A stretch of DNA of 32,000 nt from Candidatus Baldrarchaeota archaeon (GTDB lineage Archaea; Asgardarchaeota; Baldrarchaeia; Baldrarchaeales; DXJG01). A program made the position numbers and the translations under genes. Location of the stretch: contig DXJG01000004.1 in the NCBI GenBank assembly GCA_019056805.1, forward strand, positions 30,001 through 62,000. Direction: 5' to 3'. Each line of letters begins with the position of its first letter. The first letter of the stretch is position 1. The notes below the pieces were generated by a model, which was not told the origin of the DNA, ran no database searches, and saw only the letters and a program-made list of their open reading frames with translations. This document shows positions 28,373 through 32,000 of the stretch, one piece after another.

Positions 28373-29239
28373 ATGTCTTTACCCAATCTAGTGCTAAGGG
28401 AAAAACTTAGAAAAATGCTGGAAGAGGATTTAGGATTTGGAGATATTACCACAGAAATTGTTGTTCCCGAAAATCTTATGGCTAAAGCGCAAATAATTGT
28501 AAAAGAATCAGGTTTCATAGCTGGTATAGAAGAAGCTTCTATACTTCTCAAAGAACTTGACATTAATGTTAAAAGCAAGGTTAAAGATGGAAGCAAGGTG
28601 AATGCTGGAACAGTCATTATGGAGATAGAAGGTCCAGCAAGGTCAATTTTAATGTGTGAGAGAACAATTCTAAATTTACTTATGAGGATGAGTGGAATAG
28701 CAACTCTAACAAACCTAATGGTTGAAAGAGCAAGAGAGGTAAATCCAAAAATTACAGTGGCTGGCACAAGAAAAACTGTTCCTGGGCTCAGATATTTTGA
28801 CAAAAAGGCAATAAAGATTGGTGGGGGAGATACTCATAGGTTAAGATTAGATGACTGTGCTTTGATCAAGGATAATCATATCGTAGTTGCTGGAGGAGTT
28901 AAAGAGGCTATAAAAAGAGTTAAAGAGGCAGTAAGCTTTACTAAGAAGATAGAAGTAGAAGTGCAAAGCATCGAAGGCGCTTTAATAGCAGCTAAAGAAG
29001 GTGTAGATATAATAATGTTAGACAATATGAAACTCGAAGAAATTAAAGAAGTGATTAAGAAATTGGAGGAGGAAGGGTTACGAGATAAGGTTTTAATCGA
29101 AGTTTCAGGTGGAATAACCCCCGAAAATATAAAAGAATATGCAGAAACGGGAGTTGACATAATATCATTAGGCTACTTAACACACTCCGTAAAAGCACTT
29201 GATATGAGCCTCAAGATAACAGAAATAATTAAAGAATAA
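28373..29239 (+). CDS. nadC: Nicotinate-nucleotide pyrophosphorylase (carboxylating), quinolinate phosphoribosyltransferase
   Basis: EDLGFGDITT, ERTILN, SGIAT, TRKTVPG, HRLRLDD, LIKDNH, IEVEV, IMLDNM, EVSGGI motifs. Confidence 0.97.
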   Translation: MSLPNLVLREKLRKMLEEDLGFGDITTEIVVPENLMAKAQIIVKESGFIAGIEEASILLKELDINVKSKVKDGSKVNAGTVIMEIEGPARSILMCERTILNLLMRMSGIATLTNLMVERAREVNPKITVAGTRKTVPGLRYFDKKAIKIGGGDTHRLRLDDCALIKDNHIVVAGGVKEAIKRVKEAVSFTKKIEVEVQSIEGALIAAKEGVDIIMLDNMKLEEIKEVIKKLEEEGLRDKVLIEVSGGITPENIKEYAETGVDIISLGYLTHSVKALDMSLKITEIIKE

Positions 29240-29317
29240 AAAATTAAAATAAACTTTACCTGTATGCCCTTCGTATAAAAAAGAAATTAATATTTATTAT
29301 GTAACAGACCTACTTAA

Positions 29318-29365
29318 TCATCCACTAGGTTTCTTTTCCTTCTTTTCTTTCTTCCTCTTTGACAT
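29318..29365 (-). CDS. Putative 15-aa basic micropeptide MSKRKKEKKEKKPSG
   Basis: AGGAGGTGA RBS (29379-29371) 5 nt before ATG; TGA stop; T-rich tract downstream; resembles second sORF at 30794. Confidence 0.55.
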   Translation of the reverse strand: MSKRKKEKKEKKPSG

Positions 29366-29741
29366 GTTTTTCACCTCCTACGTGGGAGCTCGGTTTCCAA
29401 TATGTATATTCCTTTCTCCGTTAAAAAAATCGTAATTAAGAGTCGCAAAAAATCTTAGAAGCGATTTTAACGACTTTTTGGTAAATGTAGAATTCTATAT
29501 TTAATGGTTTGTAATTTCCGGTGAAAATCGTTTTGATATTTTACCATGAAACTTTGCAAAAATTATTCATAGTTGTCACAAAAATGTATCAAAAAATACG
29601 TATATATGTTCTTATGGTTTTAAGCTATTTAACATCTTAATTCTCTTCATGCATCTAGGAGAATGCTATTATGGAAAGAAAACATTAAAAAATATTACTT
29701 TCAGCATCATTAGTTTTGTAGTTAATGGAACGGTGGAGTTA

Positions 29742-30476
29742 ATGTATATCGTCATTTCTCTTTCTAAAGGCGAAATAAGTAGAGATTTGTCTGAAAAGCT
29801 AAAAGTTAGTGGTTTTAATAAAATTAAGGAAGGTGTTTGGATAGGGTTGAGTGAAAAATTTAATTTTGAAAATATTACGAAAAATGGTTTTTCAGAGGTC
29901 CTTGTTTTAAAAAAGAGTCGGAAAATATATACACCTCATATAGGGTCAGAAGAAATAAACGTTGGTTCACTTACATTTTTATCCTACAAAATACCATTAA
30001 ATCCCCCTAAAATTAGAAAAAATATCGAAAGAGTACTATGGAGAATCCCCTGTATCAGAATACGTAAAACTACTTATATTTTTCCTTTTTTTAAAGATTC
30101 TGCCAAAATAGGAAATATGGTCTCAGTTAGTGAAATGAAACGGTTGATAGAGTCGGTTGGGGGCTATTGCTTTAAAATTTCTAAGCTTGTACCTATCAAG
30201 GACTGGATGCATCAAGAAATTTTCCATTTATTTAAAACAAATATTGAGGAGAAAGTTAACAAGTTAAATTTACTTTTAGATAATCTGACAAAAAAACTAA
30301 AAAGAGGGGAGATTGATAGGAAAGTAGCTCTTAAAAACCTCTATGAAATAAAGTTTCGTTTTCAGGGACTATTTTCATGCGCAATATTTCTGAAAAAATG
30401 GTTAAAAATAGATGAAACAACCAACCTACAAAAAATTAAGAATAAGATAAGTAAAGTAAAGCAGATATTACAATGA
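29742..30476 (+). CDS. Hypothetical protein with ChrB-N-terminal / PaaX-Cas2-like ferredoxin module(s) and helical C-terminus
   Basis: FLSYKIPLNPPKIRKNIERVLWRIPCIRIRKTTYIFP...LIESVGG...EIFHLF...KWLKID resembles ChrB-N; N-terminal GFNKIKEGVWIG resembles a second such module; ATG 29742 after GGTGGAG. Confidence 0.5.
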   Translation: MYIVISLSKGEISRDLSEKLKVSGFNKIKEGVWIGLSEKFNFENITKNGFSEVLVLKKSRKIYTPHIGSEEINVGSLTFLSYKIPLNPPKIRKNIERVLWRIPCIRIRKTTYIFPFFKDSAKIGNMVSVSEMKRLIESVGGYCFKISKLVPIKDWMHQEIFHLFKTNIEEKVNKLNLLLDNLTKKLKRGEIDRKVALKNLYEIKFRFQGLFSCAIFLKKWLKIDETTNLQKIKNKISKVKQILQ

Positions 30477-30793
30477 ATTTTAATTTAGAGACAGTTTATT
30501 CAATATGGAATAAATGGTCGTGGAAGTTTAATATCTCAACTATCAAATGCAGCATGTTCTTACACCCTAGTTAGATAAATTTAGTGACAGATACAAATTC
30601 TCCTTTTAAAAGTCTAAAAGAAATTATTTCAATAGTTTTCCTTCTAATTCAAAAACTACTGGAGCAATTTTACGCTTTTTTACAAGTTTTAATAAAGGTG
30701 TCAATGATAACAAATTTACCATATTTCCGAATTGTCATTCGAGTTAAATAAAGTATAAATATATGTGTCATGCTTTTTCTTGTGGTGATGAAA

Positions 30794-30853
30794 ATGGCAA
30801 AGAGAAAGGGGAGGAGGAAAAGAAGGAAGAAGAAAAAGGAACCCGGTGAATAA
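30794..30853 (+). CDS. Putative 19-aa basic micropeptide MAKRKGRRKRRKKKKEPGE
   Basis: TATAAATA box at 30754-30761, GGTGA RBS 5 nt before ATG, TAA stop; resembles sORF at 29318. Confidence 0.55.
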   Translation: MAKRKGRRKRRKKKKEPGE

Positions 30854-31036
30854 AAGTCCTAAAAAATGAAAACACAACTTTTGTCGTATTTTTAGTTTAG
30901 GTTTTATGAAAAACTATATAAAACGACATTTTAAATTTCTCTGCTATACTGGTAGAAATTTGAGTATCAAAAGATATTATTGATCTTTATATGCTGTATA
31001 TTGTTTTAACAATTCCTATTGGCTAGGTGAAATATT

Positions 31037-31951
31037 ATGGAAGATAACACAGTTTTGTTCTTTGAAGTTTTAAAGCTTTACACCGAACTTGTTGAACTTG
31101 AAAAAAGATTATCCACGGAGAAAAATATGCAACATGAATTAATACAAAATATCATGAGAAGAATTAAACGACTTAATAAGCTAAATAAAGATAATTGGAT
31201 TTTCTTCATCAAAAGTTTACCTTTGGAATTTTTCCTTTCCAGTTCTACAGATTTTACATCAAAAGATAATTTTATGAGATTTGTGAGAATATTTCGTAAA
31301 CATCTAGAGAAAAATATTGCTTACTCTCGATATTCATCAAAACTACATTTAAAAGATGCTATTTTTAAAGAAAACAAACTTCAACTACTTTTCCCCATGG
31401 AAGAGTTCAATCCAGGCTATTTATACAAAGAAGGATGGAAACCTGTTTTAATTACAGTTCCTCACGCAACTCCACCGTTCTCAGATAAAAATGTGGATAA
31501 AATAGCTTTACAAACAGCCAAATTATCTGGAGCACATGTCCTTATTTCAACAATTTCAAGAATATATGTGGACCCCAATAGACCTGAAGCTAGAATTACA
31601 CCGTTTAGAAGGATAATAGAGCGTCTAACATTACGAGAAGGAAAAATAAAAGTTATTTTGGATTTGCATGGCACTTTAAGAAGCGATGAAGAAATTGATG
31701 TTGAGATAGGGGTCTTTAGAAAACTTACTGCCGATGAGGAAATTATAGAGAAGTTGCTTACTCATTTTCAAAAAAGAGGGTTGAAATGTGAACTTGAAGT
31801 GAACAATTTTATTGGTGGCGATATTATTTTGCATCATTCCTTAGTTCCAGATATTCAGGCAATTCAAATTGAATTATATCCTAAAGCAAGAAATATACTA
31901 CGTAGAAATGTGATCGAAGCACTAACTGAATTTATAAAAGATTTTAAATAG
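31037..31951 (+). CDS. N-terminal helical domain fused to an N-formylglutamate amidohydrolase-like (Zn exopeptidase fold) domain
   Basis: VLITVPHA, SD, SRIYVDPNR, ILDLHG, IQIEL motifs; AGGTGA RBS. Confidence 0.65.
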   Translation: MEDNTVLFFEVLKLYTELVELEKRLSTEKNMQHELIQNIMRRIKRLNKLNKDNWIFFIKSLPLEFFLSSSTDFTSKDNFMRFVRIFRKHLEKNIAYSRYSSKLHLKDAIFKENKLQLLFPMEEFNPGYLYKEGWKPVLITVPHATPPFSDKNVDKIALQTAKLSGAHVLISTISRIYVDPNRPEARITPFRRIIERLTLREGKIKVILDLHGTLRSDEEIDVEIGVFRKLTADEEIIEKLLTHFQKRGLKCELEVNNFIGGDIILHHSLVPDIQAIQIELYPKARNILRRNVIEALTEFIKDFK

Positions 31952-31967
31952 GTGAAAGGTGAGAAAT

Positions 31968-32000
31968 TTGTCAAGAGCGGAAGATTTTGTTTCTAAATAT
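31968..32000 (+). CDS. 5' end of a downstream gene truncated by the window (MSRAEDFVSKY...)
   Basis: TTG 16 nt after previous stop, preceded by tandem GGTGA. Confidence 0.5.
   Translation, partial: MSRAEDFVSKY

Noticed and set aside
29742-30476. CRISPR-Cas locus suggested by the Cas2-like fold
   Set aside because: No repeat-spacer array and no cas1 or other cas gene in the window
30480-30740. Protein-like fragments on the minus strand (MVNLLSLTPLLKLVKKRKIAPVVFELEGK...)
   Set aside because: Multiple stops and frame changes and no family recognisable; at most a decayed gene
1-32000. tRNA, rRNA, riboswitch or CRISPR repeats
   Set aside because: No cloverleaf/T-loop signature, rRNA-like tract or regularly spaced repeat seen on manual reading; a covariance-model scan would be needed to exclude small RNAs

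Overview
AT-rich archaeal genomic DNA (GGTGA/GGAGGTGA ribosome-binding sites, archaeal-type riboflavin and methanofuran genes), probably from an anaerobic C1-metabolising lineage. The lineage cannot be assigned from this window. The left part holds transporters (APC, TauE/SafE, MFS, EamA), a cysteine synthase-family enzyme, a frameshifted FecR-like pseudogene, a methyltransferase, CutA and LarA. The middle and right are dominated by cofactor biosynthesis: NAD (nadK fused to a winged helix, nadA, nadC), methanofuran (mfnB, mfnE, mfnF, mfnD plus a HisA-like gene) and riboflavin (ribB-ribC-ribH-gch3-amidohydrolase-reductase). A tnpB-only IS200/IS605 element (14252-15631) has both ends resolvable. 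It inserted after TCAC and splits one tandem-GNAT gene, which is restored in frame on excision. Best candidates for new biology: (i) two unannotated, related Lys/Arg-rich micropeptide genes with strong RBSs flanking a ChrB-N/Cas2-like gene next to a formylglutamate-amidohydrolase-like gene; (ii) an HxxE deaminase-type amidohydrolase inside the rib operon, a candidate for a missing archaeal riboflavin step; (iii) an NAD kinase-wHTH fusion with an altered GGDG motif, divergent from nadA; (iv) a CTL/SLC44-like membrane protein. All family calls come from motif recognition, not database searches. No CRISPR array, tRNA or rRNA was seen.
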